A stretch of DNA of 62,236 bases, the filler included, from Choristocarpus tenellus KU-1152 (taxonomy: Eukaryota; Protista; Phaeophyceae), in assembly GCA_964200185.2 (NCBI GenBank). It is 9 parts of 9 records of this genome, joined end to end, with 100 filler letters (N's around TTAATTAATTAA, not from the genome) between each part and the next. Parts side by side here need not be neighbours in the genome. Positions count along the whole stretch, not along the records: positions 24,912 to 36,201 come from CAXNAD020002406.1; positions 36,302 to 42,344 come from CAXNAD020009087.1; 7 more parts are not named here. The stretch is one strand, 5' to 3'. Of this stretch, positions 24,977-37,320 are shown one piece after another. The first letter of the stretch is position 1; every line of letters starts with the position of its first letter. Position numbers and translations under genes: made by a program. The notes beneath the pieces are model-generated. The model was given only the letters and a program-made list of their open reading frames with translations. It was not told the DNA's origin and did no database searches.

Positions 24977-26188
24977 TATCATAATTTGTGCTCGCATTCA
25001 TGACCACGAGCACAACAATGCATTCCACGCTCGGTCCACCTTTACTGACCACCAACAGAGTATATTATTATACTTGAAGCTGTCTGCAGGCTGTTAGTGA
25101 GGGCACTGCAAGGAAAATCGCACCCCCAATAATGCAGATTTTGGGATAAATTTTGAGGGACCTCCATGAACCCAATACAATGGGGAAAAAATACTGGTGT
25201 GTTCAAAATGGACTAGCATTGAGTCGTGACCACCTCCAACTCTTCGACTTGTAGGGGCAACCTAGTCTGCTTCCCCTAGGTAGCAGATCTACCTTTTCTA
25301 GCTGAACCACCCACCTCTCCATTTGATGACTGCAAAGGGCAATGATGCTACTTGTACAGGACATTTGATACCAGATTACTATCATTTTCCTGAGGCACTC
25401 GTCTTCCTACTCTTATCTGTTGGGACCAGCGAAATATTTAGTTCAATCTCCAGCTTATCTCCTGTGAATCTCAAATCACAATCGCTGACAAAAGTCAATT
25501 TAAAATACTTCAACCACTGTAGAAACAAACAAAAAAACTAGATTAAAGTAATGGGCACACTATAATTACATTCAATCATAAAAAGAACTTCTGTGTTTGG
25601 GAATTTGTAAGTATGAACTCGAATCTTGTTCGTAGTGCTTCCGACTTCTCCAGTCAAACGTGAACAATAATCGCCAATTGCCAACACTCTATATTACAGT
25701 AAGTAGGAGCGACATGGACATTCAATTGAATATGCTGCGGCTTGCCACTTCAACAGATACGCACCTCCTCATATCACACTAGTCCTAGTTGGTACCCATA
25801 CACACAGCAGATGCCACACCTGGTCCACGACACCGCTCAAGGCTGTGCTGCTGCTGAGATCATCTCTGCTCTAGATCTTTGTTGTAGACTATGAGATGAA
25901 AGGCTCAACACTATCAATACACACCTTGACCTGTCTGAATTTGTTTGTGCCCATGTTCAACACTCAAGGTGTTGCATGACAGGTGTAGACTCAGGGATTG
26001 AGTCTTTTGTTGATATTGAGGTATACCTCTTTTTTTACTGCCTTTTATGCGGACTTGTGAACAGATCTGACTGGTCAACTTCCACCATGCAACAAAAAAA
26101 TTATCCTTTGGATCGGAAATAACAAAAAAGGTGAACAATTCAAAGCCTTGTCATTGGTCAAAAAACCTATAACATTGGGCGGCCTGAT

Positions 26189-26220
<32 letters not shown>

Positions 26221-26761
26221 NNNNNNNNNNTGTCATTGGTCAAAAAACCTATAACATTGGGCGGCCTCATCAATCCTCCCCCCCCCCCTCCCCCCCTTAT
26301 CTCTGCAAAAAAATAAAATGCCTACAGTACAACATTCAGGTTAAGAAAGCTCCACAAATCTTGGTCAGGAGACATGGCCAGGCACGTGTGATCTCCAATA
26401 ATACAATTATTCTACCCCTTCATTCTCGACATATTAGTTGGAAAGTCTTCCGCAAACACAGAGGAACTTGCCCACCTTGGAATCAAGCTTCTTACAAGCA
26501 CATCGATAAGCAAAAAAAATAACAATATTGATGTACTTCAAAGGAAAGGCAATATGTATGTATGTATCTCAACCACTTCACCCACTACCATTAGACTCAT
26601 AGGAGTGCAGAACACCCGTTACGTCACCACTTTCACCTCTATATCAATCTCTCAATGACCTGAACCTCTCAATCTATCCCCCGGCAACCATGTGCATCTA
26701 TCTTTGTTGGGATGGTCTCTCGCTAATATGTACACCAAACTATGTATGGCAGGTGATTCTT

Positions 26762-29700
26762 TCAGGTCGCCCAGTCAAGGGTCTTCACGAACTCCTCCTC
26801 TGTGAAGGCCAGTAACCGTGCCGCCTCAACATGGAACTATAGGGTTAGGGTTAGGGTTAGTTCATGTTAGTGTCAAGCCACTAGTGTTGAACGTTTCTGG
26901 AAAAGTGTTAGGGTTAGGGTTAGTCCATGTTAGTGTCAAGCCACTAGCGTTGAACGTTTCTGGAAAAGTTTTAGGGTTAGCCCTATAACCTTAACCCTAA
27001 CCCTAAACAACAAGACTGAACATCTACATCTCTCTCTCTCTCTCTCTCTACATGGCGAGGCTTGGAGACTAAATGTGCTAAGGTCAAGGATTCAGCAATC
27101 GAAAATATCAAAGTCCTTTGGATTATGGATGTTGCACTGTGCATTGGAGTTCTTTTTTGTTCAGAGGAAAGGTAGGACAAGCAAATATCGGAATGCTGCA
27201 CTGGTTCAAGAGATTACAGAGCTACAGTTAGACCACAGGTGGCACATCTGCAGAGTACCTACTGTCTCTAAAACTTAAGTGATCAAAATTGTCTAGATGC
27301 GTATCTACTCCCAGGTTTGATACATAAACTTCAAAACCATAGAAGCACTAGCCCTAACCCTAACCCTAACTCTAACTACACCTATAGTAGGTATGGGGGA
27401 AGAACAAAGCTTGACCACGAATTTGGGGTTTTGACACAAGAAGGTACAGAGGTATTTACAACTTGACACAAAACCTTTTGCCCACATGAAATGGCAAGGG
27501 TACACAATCAACGTTAACTAAGAGGCTTAGGGTTAGGGAATGCATGTGACATACACAGTTCAATTTTGCAACCTGAGTGGAATCACACACATGCCCGATC
27601 AAAAGGACAAATCAGCAAGGAACTATCCAGGAACTATCCAGCATACGAGAGAGGGCAAGATGCTGGGGTCCATGGAGTATTGACAATAACAACTACCAAC
27701 TATGAATGCATGCATATCAACAACACAAGTCATGCAACATCTCAATCAACATGATCTGACTCCACACCAGACTCATTTTCAGAACATCACACACAACAGA
27801 TGCAAGTGCATGTGAGGGAATGTAACATCAGGGTAGGTGACATAATTAAGTGGGGTATCTTCAAGGAGATAACAAAGGGACTGGCGTTTAGAAAGGAAGA
27901 CTGTTTGAATGTGGACTCTGGGAAAATATACATAAATAAGAATATATATAGTAATGGTCGGAGGACAAGCGTACCTAGCTTGATACAAATCTGATTACCT
28001 TTTGTCTCTTGAGCACATCGATGAGCTTGAGCTGCTTCTTGAATGCTGAGAGCAGCTCCAACTACACAATATGTAGACAGACAAGGTCAGTTGGTCACAG
28101 ATCAGAAGGTGCAACACCAAAAGTACTTGCTGTCAAAAACTGGGATTGTATCACATACCTAGGTAAATTCTTGCACTCAGGGCATGCACCTACTTGTGCT
28201 ACAAGGTCTACAGGCACAACCTCTACATACTTTGAACAATTAAAACACTGTTGATACACCATAACGATGATGGCATCATGTAAAATACGGAAATGGTCTC
28301 TTGCTCTACTTTCATACTAATTACTTGGCAACCCAATGGTAGGAACACTACCCTCTAAGCTAAGGCCACAGGTTTAGGTCAAGAAAAAGGAGCTATCTTA
28401 GGGTTAGGGATACAAAACTATCTGGTGTAAGGGATACAAAACAGGAAAGGTCTCTTGTGGGGAAGGGAACAACAACGATGGGTTTCACTCACAGCTTTAA
28501 AAAAAACAAGAAACAGGGTCAGATCTTGTCATGGCATAACAGAGTGCCACAGGGAAGCAACTCTTAATAAGATATACGGAGCAAGCAGCATATCTAACCC
28601 TTCCTAAACCTTTTCCAGCGAGCACACTTTAGTTCAAGGGGGTTGGGACACCAGGAAGGCTCTAACCTGCTCTGCAATCCTTGTCCACAACACTGGTGGG
28701 GCCCTTTGTACAACCAACACCAACGCGTCACTCTCTCACTCTCCCGTCATCGCATGACATCAAGCAAACACAAGGGCTCCCCCCCCCCCGAATGCACGAT
28801 ATATAACCAACCTCCTTCAAACAAATAGAATAGACGGACTAGACTCCCTCTCCGCACACGCTTAGGGTTAGGGTTACGTCCTCAAAACAGGCAGGTTAAA
28901 CTTACATCCTTACCACCCTCCCTGCCTTATTATGCCTTACTAGTGTGTCTCTGAATGGAGTAAAAATCTCAAACCAATTCATCGATCACCTTTTGCCTCT
29001 CCAGGCGTTGGCATTGCCCCTCCAGCCGCTGCGCCTCCATCCTCTGCCCCTGCCCCGCCTCCTTCTGTTGCCCTCTGGCATCGGCGAGAGCAGCCTTTTG
29101 CCTTGCCACTTCTTCCACTGAGCGATGCAGTCTAACCTCCAGAGACTAAACAGAGTTGAGATTTAAAAAAAAAAACATAAACAAACATAAACATAAACAT
29201 TAAAATAAAAATAATAATTATGGCAGTGACAACAAGGCATAGGTGAGAATGATGCAAACGCAGGGATTTTCATCAAATATGACCCGTAGGCCAATCGAAA
29301 ACTGTTCCTTCTTTTAACATACGTATTCCAGTATAACATGATTTAAATCGTACCTCAGCAAATATTTCTATTCTAATTATTTAGAAATATTCTTTGTTAA
29401 CAATACCCAAAACAAAAACCACTGGCAAGGTGAATGCCAGCATCATGGCATCCACAGCTGAATGCATTCAAGCCCATTGAACAACCATGCCTGAATCCAA
29501 GCAGCCCTCCATCCCTAATGAATCTTCAACCACCTAACTGGAAAGCATGGAATCTAACACATCGGCAGTCCTCTCTAAGGGATCAAACCTGCCTTCACTT
29601 CTCCCCCTTCCATATTCAGACTTGGTCAGTGAACATATTACACTACTACTACTTCCACTACTGTCTACACTGACGTAACTGAAAGGATGATGACTACATC

Positions 29701-32700
29701 TCAAACCAGGAAGACCCCCTTACAACAACTAGGAAACTTAAGTCACTGACATGATCAGTGCCTACAAAATCCCATGACAGCCAACTCGATCCTTGAAAAA
29801 AAGGGAAAAAAAAACAAGCGACTAAGAAGAAATTTCCATTCATTTCACCTGAGTTAAGAGTTAGGGCTTACACACACATGCATAAACGATAACATTTTGA
29901 CAAAAACAGTATACCCTCTTTTGTCACACTCACCCAATAGGATACCTTCACCATGCAATCTCTCAAAACACCAGCTCCTTGCCACTACCACTACTACTAC
30001 TATTATTATTATTATTAATACTGTTGCAAAAAAGACTGTAATAATGACAACTACTATGCTGCAAAACAATCATTATTATTTATTGTACATACATATTTCC
30101 AAGCAACCACTTCTGTGGAGAGACGGTTTGCTGATGTTTTTTTTTTGTAATACGAAACCTGTCAATCAAATTCGCCTACCTACCTATTACAACAGGTAAA
30201 ACTCTCCATCCATCCACCCAGCAGACCATCAAGGAAATTTAGAGAGTACGAATCATCATGTAGTTCTTCTTGGGGTTTTTTTCTAGAAACTGTATGCAGA
30301 ACTTCATCTACAAAAAAATAAAAAAATGGTCAAGTCCAACAACACCATGGAAATTTATTTCTCAATTGAAAAATTCGTTGACAGTTCACTCTCACGACAT
30401 CAGCGCTGTCTACTGTGTCACTCACCAAGTGTCTCCCTCATCCGTACAAGCACTACGACTAAACTACTCCAGCTCAAAAACTAGAACTAAAGACCTCGGT
30501 GCACTCCATTAGACTCATCGCCAGCACAAATACAGATGATTCACTCAATACACAAAAATAAAATAAAAACAAGAACAAAAAAAAAAAGGTCCCCAACACA
30601 CAATCTCAAATCGTTTTGCTTTTTTAAAAATATATATATATTTTTTGTAACAGATTGAACCCGATTGGATCGCTGTGTACCTTTTTTTGGCAACTAAATA
30701 TATATTAAACATTTTCAGCAAGGTGTACCTTTTGTTGGCGACGACGAGCGCATCCGTCATTAAGATCATTTTTTCTTTTGCAGCATGACATTCGAGTGTG
30801 TGCGTGTTGTGACAAAAAGAAATGTACCTTCTTGTCTGTCTCAGCTTGTTTAGCCAATCGAGAAGCCACGGAGAGTTCCTGTTCCAGGTCCGAAATCTTT
30901 TTCTTCAAGGCAGATACCCCCCCCTCCTCCTTTGCCTTTCTCCTCGAAAAATCACAATCACAATCACAATCACAATCACAAATCAGAATCACAGATCAGA
31001 ATCACAGATCAGAATCACAGATCAGAATCACAGATCAGAATCACAGATCAGAATCACAGATCAGAATCACAGATCAGAATCACAGATCAGAATCACAGAT
31101 CAGAATCACAATCACAAATCAGAACCACAGATCACAGATCACAACCACAGACCACAATCACAAATCAGAACCACAGATCACAGATCACAAATCACAAATC
31201 ACAAATCAGAACCACAGATCACAATCACAAATCAGAATCACAGATCACAATCACAAATCAGAACCACCGATCACAATCACAGATCACAAATCAGAATAAC
31301 AAATCACACATCACAGTCGCATTTCGAACAGGGCAAGGGCAACCAAAAACACTGGAAAACCTATTTCATCCAGGAGAGTTCATCAGAGAGGGTAGGGGAC
31401 TACAACTTTTCCTTCCTTACAGGGGTAATTTTCATGTCTCAAGGTGGGTTTTTTTCAGGACCATGGGTAAGAGGCCATGGGTGGGATGTCCCTACGGTGT
31501 TTCCTTTCTTGGATATTGACACAAGCCGTAACTGTCAGTGTTGGTAAGAAGCGATACTCCTCTCAGTCACGTCTTCACACCACAGTCGTTTTGCAGTGTG
31601 GTTCAACAATAGTATAACAACACGACTAGGGTTAGGGTTATGGCACATGGGGTCAAACTCTAGTAGCTGAAACCATTGCACCCAAGCAGAAGACAGTGAA
31701 GCTGACTTAAGAGACACTACACTGATTGTACAATTAACACCCCGATTTAGTCCTTAGGGTTAGGGTTACTAGCATAAGACACAACAGTACATAAACACTA
31801 CATAATACTACTATCACAAAGACACACACACACACACACAAATACAATTATTACAATTGCTGCAAGGGGTTAGGGTTATGGCTAGGTAGTATCAGGGTCA
31901 ACAGACACATTTCCATACAATACAGAGCCCTGCATGCGCAAAGGGCTCACAGGGCAGACCATCAACTTCATTACAGCCTACAGCCTGTTGAACATGGCTA
32001 TGTACTCATCACATGTACCGAATGACTCCAAACAGTCAACCCCCTGTTGCATATACCCTCCACTATCAAACTAACCCTAACCCTAACCCTGTACATTGAG
32101 TTTATTCGGGAGTCCTCTATGTCACTGCAGCGGGCCCAGAGGGTGTATTCTTTAGCTCACCATTGCCTTCTGATCCCTCTCAACAGTCTGCTGAAGCTGT
32201 TGCAACTGCCTGGACACTCTCCGCTTCTCCTCCTGCTCCATCGCGACCTGGTTCGTCAACAGGAAACATGCCTTACTAACAATAAGAAATCCAGGAAAAA
32301 AATAGTCCACATACGACACCAACCCTAACCCTAACCCCAAACCTAACCAGTTTACCAACCCTAAACCTAACCCTTGCCTATCACTTGATCACACTCAGTT
32401 GTTACAATAGTTTACCAACCCTAACCCTAACCCTATAACCCTAAGGGTTCCTTCCGACTATACCTTCAGAGCAAACGAAAATTCACCGCCAAACGAGAGG
32501 TACCAACCCTAACCTAACCCTAAGATCACCAACCCTAACCCTAACCCTAAGATCACCATCCCATCTCTTCTAAGATCACCACCCCATCTCTTCTAAGATC
32601 ACCACCCCATCTCTTCTAAGATCACCACCCCATCTCTTCTAAGATCACCACCCCATCTCTTCTAAGATCACCATCCCATCTCTTCTAAGATCTTCGCTCA

Positions 32701-35060
32701 CCAGCGCTGACCAAAGACACCTACCTGTTGTCTCAGCTGGACTGTCTCTTGCTGAGAGGCACGGTGGGCGGCATGAACATCCTCAAGCTGTGCCTGGCAT
32801 CCTCCCAGCTTTGCCTTCAAAAACCTGTGCACGGGACAGGCACGGGGCGCAAGGGTTCGAAATAAGTCCTGGCTGGGGCAAGGGGGTGGAACAACTCTTG
32901 TTATTGCAAGTGCATGCACCAGACAGGGCCACATAGATGTGGCCACTACTCCATTACATGCGTAAAAGGTCCTGCCTGTCTCAGCCCTATCGGAAAACGT
33001 TTTTACCCAGCCTGGTCCCACCATCAAAGGCGGGTTTAAATTCAAAATTTAAATCTCGAAGCAGAAACTGTTGATTGTGCTGTAAATTCTACAGTACAAT
33101 ACGATCGCAGAGGAATCACTAGGAATCTAAAAAAAAAGGGAAAATCTTAAAAAGGAATCTTCTCTGTCAAAGTTGTGGCCAATGCATGTACAGGTGTAGT
33201 CTAGTCTAGTCTAGTCTAGTCTAGTCAATTCATTTTTTTTTTTTTTTATCCCCTTAGAACCGAACCCTTAAAAAAAAGAAAAAAAGAGAGGAAACATTCA
33301 GTACATTCAGTGAGAAAGAAAAAAAGAAAAAAAGAGAGGAAACATTCAGTACATTCAGTGAGAAAGAAAAAAAGAAATCGTGGTAAAACGCCATTTTTTG
33401 TTTTTAGGCAGAATCGCCGCTATTGAACTCTACAAGTGCTTCATAGAGGGGCAATGTTCAGCTACAGAAGGGTTTGTCCTTGCCTGGTTGTTGCTTCTGC
33501 ACCAATACCCGGTGGCACCCCCATGACCCAGTTGTCTGCATCACCCTCAGCGCCCCTTGCCTCCTGCGTTACTGGACGTGAGCGTTCACCCTGAAAAAGA
33601 CCCTCCAATTGCTGTTGAGTTGGAGTAGGGGACAAGCACTTTATCGAGATCCTCACCTCTGGTTGGAGATACAACTGCACTGTGACTGCACTGTGACTAC
33701 ATACTCATCCTCACCTCTAGTTAGAGATACAACTGCACTGTGACTGCATACTCACTGCATACTCATCCTCACCTCTAGTTGGAGATACAACTGCACTGTG
33801 ACTGCATAAATGGATAAGTGATCAATAATATACTATACAGCATTGATAGAGCTTTGGCATGAGCACAAAGACCTCCGTGACCATTGTGTTGATGATACAG
33901 GCAGAGGTGTGCGTCGCAACTACAGCTGATCCAAAACAATTTAGAGTGTAGGGGCACGTCCATGTGGGAGAATAAATCCAATGCTGTGATTGTGATTAAT
34001 TTTGGATGCCGTGTTTGTTAGCAAGTGTCAAATATCATCCACCTTATAACACACCTTTCATAGTCGTATGCATTTTAGGTAACTGTGTTCACACAGAAAA
34101 CGAACAAAATGGCATAAAAAACTCACTGGAAGCCAAGCCCCTCACGGACAAACAGGGAGAAAATTCCCACCATTGTAAATGCTGATTGACTCGCTCAACA
34201 TGGCTACTTGGTATTGCTGGACGACTATATACACAATGAGTGAGTGCCATGGCAAATATCCTCCCCAGCAACGAAGTACCAGAGGCAATACCAAAGCTGT
34301 TGAAATGCAACTATCTCTGGACTTATGTGTGATCCTGTGGTCACAGTACAAAATGGTGCAACACTCACTTCAACGACATAGAGGACAGATGCTGAATCAA
34401 CAATGCTTACAATAGTCTTACCGTTTGTCGACTATCGGTCTGTCTATTAATAGATGAGGGTGAGTCCCTGCCACTGCGTTCCCCAGATGCCCTAGCTGCC
34501 TCTTTCACTCGCTGGGATACACGGGAAATCGGAGAGGAAAATCTCGAAGCGCTCTTCGCTCCTAGGGTCTTGGCATCCAAACTGGATCCTGTCATCGACC
34601 TGACCTCGCCACCGATTCTCAACGATCCCGCTGAACCCTCTTGCGCACCACTAGCATAGGGGGTCGTTCTGACCCCTGAACATCCCCTCTCCTCCCCTAC
34701 ATTAAAGGAGGAACGAATGGCCCTAGCGGGGCCACTTGGAATTGGCGTTCGAAAACTTGAATGTACGTGGGACGGTCCGGCTATGGGCACAGAATAGCTC
34801 CCTCTCCTTTGAAGGAAGTGCTCAGCATCGGACATTACCGCCCGGGCGTCAGCATCTACTTGCTTGTTCATGAGCAGGAGGTGGGCCTGAATATTGCGCA
34901 GCAACAAAAAAGTGGACAGGTGACAGGGGGTGAAGAGCATATCTCAGAGTTGGGCTACCGATTTGCTGATTAAAGAAGATTTGCCTACCTCCTTTTGCTC
35001 AAGTCCTTCGATTGTGAACGAGGGAGAAACAGTCTCGTCATTGCTATCTCTCGGATTCAT
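26762..35060 (-). CDS. TEX9: Testis-expressed protein 9 homolog (coiled-coil; cilia/centrosome associated), ~410 aa
   Basis: Nine phase-consistent exons: 35060-34989, 34886-34422, 33590-33484 (GC donor), 32824-32725, 32247-32161, 30935-30828, 29145-28990, 28061-27999, 26836-26762. Motifs GIGAEATTRFLKAKL, EVRLHRSVEE and [31 protein letters not shown] match the TEX9 C-terminus as I recall it. Confidence 0.92.
26841..27006. repeat. 63-bp tandem duplication bounded by TTAGGG repeats, followed by an inverted CCCTAA tract
   Basis: Units start at 26844, 26907 and 26970 (partial); then TTAGGGTTAG|CCCTATAACCTTAACCCTAACCCTAA. Confidence 0.9.
30951..31315. repeat. Compound satellite (ATCACA)n / (ATCACAGATCAGA)n in a TEX9 intron
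   Basis: About 5 hexamers, about 10 13-mers, then degenerate variants. Confidence 0.95.
32320..32692. repeat. Interstitial telomeric cluster plus 23-bp minisatellite (TAAGATCACCAYCCCATCTCTTC)x6
   Basis: CCCTAA runs 32320-32550; 23-bp units start at 32548, 32571, 32594, 32617, 32640, 32663. Confidence 0.93.
33649..33808. repeat. 58-bp tandem repeat, ~3 copies
   Basis: ATCCTCACCTCTRGTTRGAGATACAACTGCACTGTGACTGCA at 33649, 33707, 33765. Confidence 0.9.
33928..34192. mobile_element. MITE family B, diverged copy in a TEX9 intron
   Basis: Shares AAGTGTCAA, ACACACCTTTC, GTTCACACAGAAAA and GGACAAACAGGG blocks with 1103-1386 and 47156-47438. Confidence 0.7.
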
Positions 35061-35485
35061 CCTCTCTGAATAAGACTATGAACGCTGTTCTTGGGTCCTC
35101 GTGAGATCCCGTACACTTCTTCGTGGTTCCAGAGTGTCCGGTTGAAGCACAGGTGTGCGGGATTTTTGTGAAATTACCCCCACATGAGCATCCGACCAAG
35201 GTCTGAATGATTAAAGGAAGAGCAATGCTCGGTGCTTAAGACCTTGACCTCTAAAATGCCAATATTCCCACTGATTAGTGTTAAATATCTATGATTTGTG
35301 GGTTCAGTGTCTAGGTAGGAGGTTCTTGTAAACATTGAAAGGCTCTCCCATATCTACACCCTCTCAGTTCCTCGGTTGAACTACTACTAGTCTTGTCTGT
35401 GGTTATCTCCCCCTACGATACCATCCCATAAAGTATAATTGAGCATCTTTCGGTTCGATATTTGATTTAGGTTGGCAGAGAAAGC
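35061..35485. promoter_or_regulatory. Putative bidirectional promoter between TEX9 and RTF2
   Basis: Only 425 bp between divergent start codons on the same contig. Confidence 0.6.
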
Positions 35486-36030
35486 ATGGGTGGCGATGGC
35501 GGTGTTGTCGCTGCTAATCGAAAGTACATGCAGCAGTGCGGAATGGCTCTGGGCGCGGCCGACAAGACTGCCTTAAATGAAAGGGAGAGTGCGGAACTCA
35601 GGACCAAGGTTAGGTTCAAGATCTCCTCGTTAAAACCAGTGACTTTAGTGGAAAGGTTCTTAGTAGATGCTTCTTCCTCTCCTATCTTGTAAAGAGTTGA
35701 TGAAATACCGATCTCTCAAGAATAGGGGGGTCAGAAATGGATGATGAGTGTGTGATTTTTCTAAGTTGTACGCCTTTAGATTGCCCCGTACCTATGTGTC
35801 CTTTCTCTATGTCTCGTCAACACTGGCAGGGGCATTCCTGTTGAATACCTCTGCCCGCCTTTTTCTTTTCTTAGGGCCCTAGCACACAGGATATTTGGTG
35901 AACTCAAGGCATCGACTGTTGTCCACCGTATCTCCTGTTCTCGGGTGACTGTATTTAGGTGTGTGCAATAAGTAACGAACAGCTTCGAGAGCCAATAGCT
36001 GCATGCGAACTGGGGTACCTCTTCAACAAG
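35486..36030 (+). CDS. RTF2: Replication termination factor 2 homolog, first two exons (rest beyond contig end)
   Basis: Exon 35486-35608 MGGDGGVVAANRKY... (Rtf2 MGxDGG N-terminus) and exon 35959-36030 VCAISNEQLREPIAACELGYLFNK (Rtf2 RING-like motif); phase 0 GT-AG. Confidence 0.88.
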
Positions 36031-37320
36031 GTGATGTACCTGTCCGCTACATATACTAAAGTGATCACGACTTGAGTCCCCACGCTCTTCGAATAGATAT
36101 TGATAAGCATTGGATTTTCTTGAGTTTCCCATTGCTTTCGATATTTGGGAGTGCCTATACAGACACCCCTAACTAGCAACATGGGTCAAAGTATCTGGGG
36201 GNNNNNNNNNNNNNNNNNNNNNNNNNNNNNNNNNNNNNNNNNNNNTTAATTAATTAANNNNNNNNNNNNNNNNNNNNNNNNNNNNNNNNNNNNNNNNNNN
36301 NCCCCCTCAGATACTTTGAGTTTAAATAGGAGGGGTGAGGTATGACTATACAATGTTAGAGGTAGAAGGGAAAGAGGGCGTATGACGATAGTTGTAGATA
36401 TCAACAACTTAGTGTCTAGCGATAGATAGTAGTATCTCTATTGCTGAAAAGCAGAGTTTGTAATAAGGTGTTCTGGGCAGACAAACGTTTCAGAATGGAG
36501 GGGACCAGGAATATCCACAGAAGGTTGGGGAAAGGAGAGAGATAATTCTACAATGATTATCTCATATTTATCGCCTGTTCACATATGTCCAACTGTTGTT
36601 GACAGATCATGCAAATCCCACTCGGCATGTAACACACGAGTTTCAATGACATGGGAAAGGGGGTTTAGGACGTAGCTGGAGCAATTGCCCTCCTATATCC
36701 ACCTTAGGGGAATATCATTTCCTTGGCCTTGATCAAGGCATAGTTCCTCAGTCCAATAGCTTTTTGGTGATTACAACAATGTGTTTACTTCACAATCGCA
36801 TCCTCCACTCTCCATGGTAAAGTGGTACCAATAGCTTCACGGTGTGTGGCAATCTTGCTTTTTTTCACTGTCGGGCCAGGAGAGGTATGCAATAATATAA
36901 ATATCAAAGGAACGCTTATGGCAAGGGGGGTTGAAGACTTGTATGCAGGAATTACTAACATCCGTGAACGGGAGCTATACATCCTGATCAAAAATACGGT
37001 GCGTTTGGCCCTACCGAAAAAAAAAATGCAAGAGTCTCGGACATCTTTTTAACGCCTTTTGCAGATTTTCTGTGAGCACACACACAGGTGACCCACACAG
37101 CAATATAGACTACGACGGCGAGAAAAGGAGAGCCGCCGAGGCCACCCTGCTCCCTGGATCTACCCTCAGCACCTTCTCTGTCGAGAGTCGACAGAAAAAC
37201 AAGTACCGTGTGAGACTCAGTGCGATGTTAGGTGACGAGAAAGTGCGTGTAATGTAGCGCAGCAGCACGATCAAATCGCGAAATGGACCACGCAGCTGCG
37301 ACATTGACGCTGAGAGAAGA

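Noticed and set aside
26148-26300. Direct repeat across a 10-N gap (also 46248-46340)
   Set aside because: Overlapping contig ends left unmerged at a poly-C/poly-G run; assembly artefact.
30778-31547. Three long + strand ORFs with ESQIRITDQNHRS repeats
   Set aside because: Products of a stop-free satellite antisense to a TEX9 intron.
32548-32692. CRISPR-like look of the 23-bp, 58-bp and 86-bp arrays
   Set aside because: Head-to-tail units without unique spacers, in eukaryotic introns, and no cas genes.
36183-36322. One MITE apparently spanning the gap
   Set aside because: Contigs often break at MITE poly-G tracts; the two ends lie on different contigs and cannot be paired.
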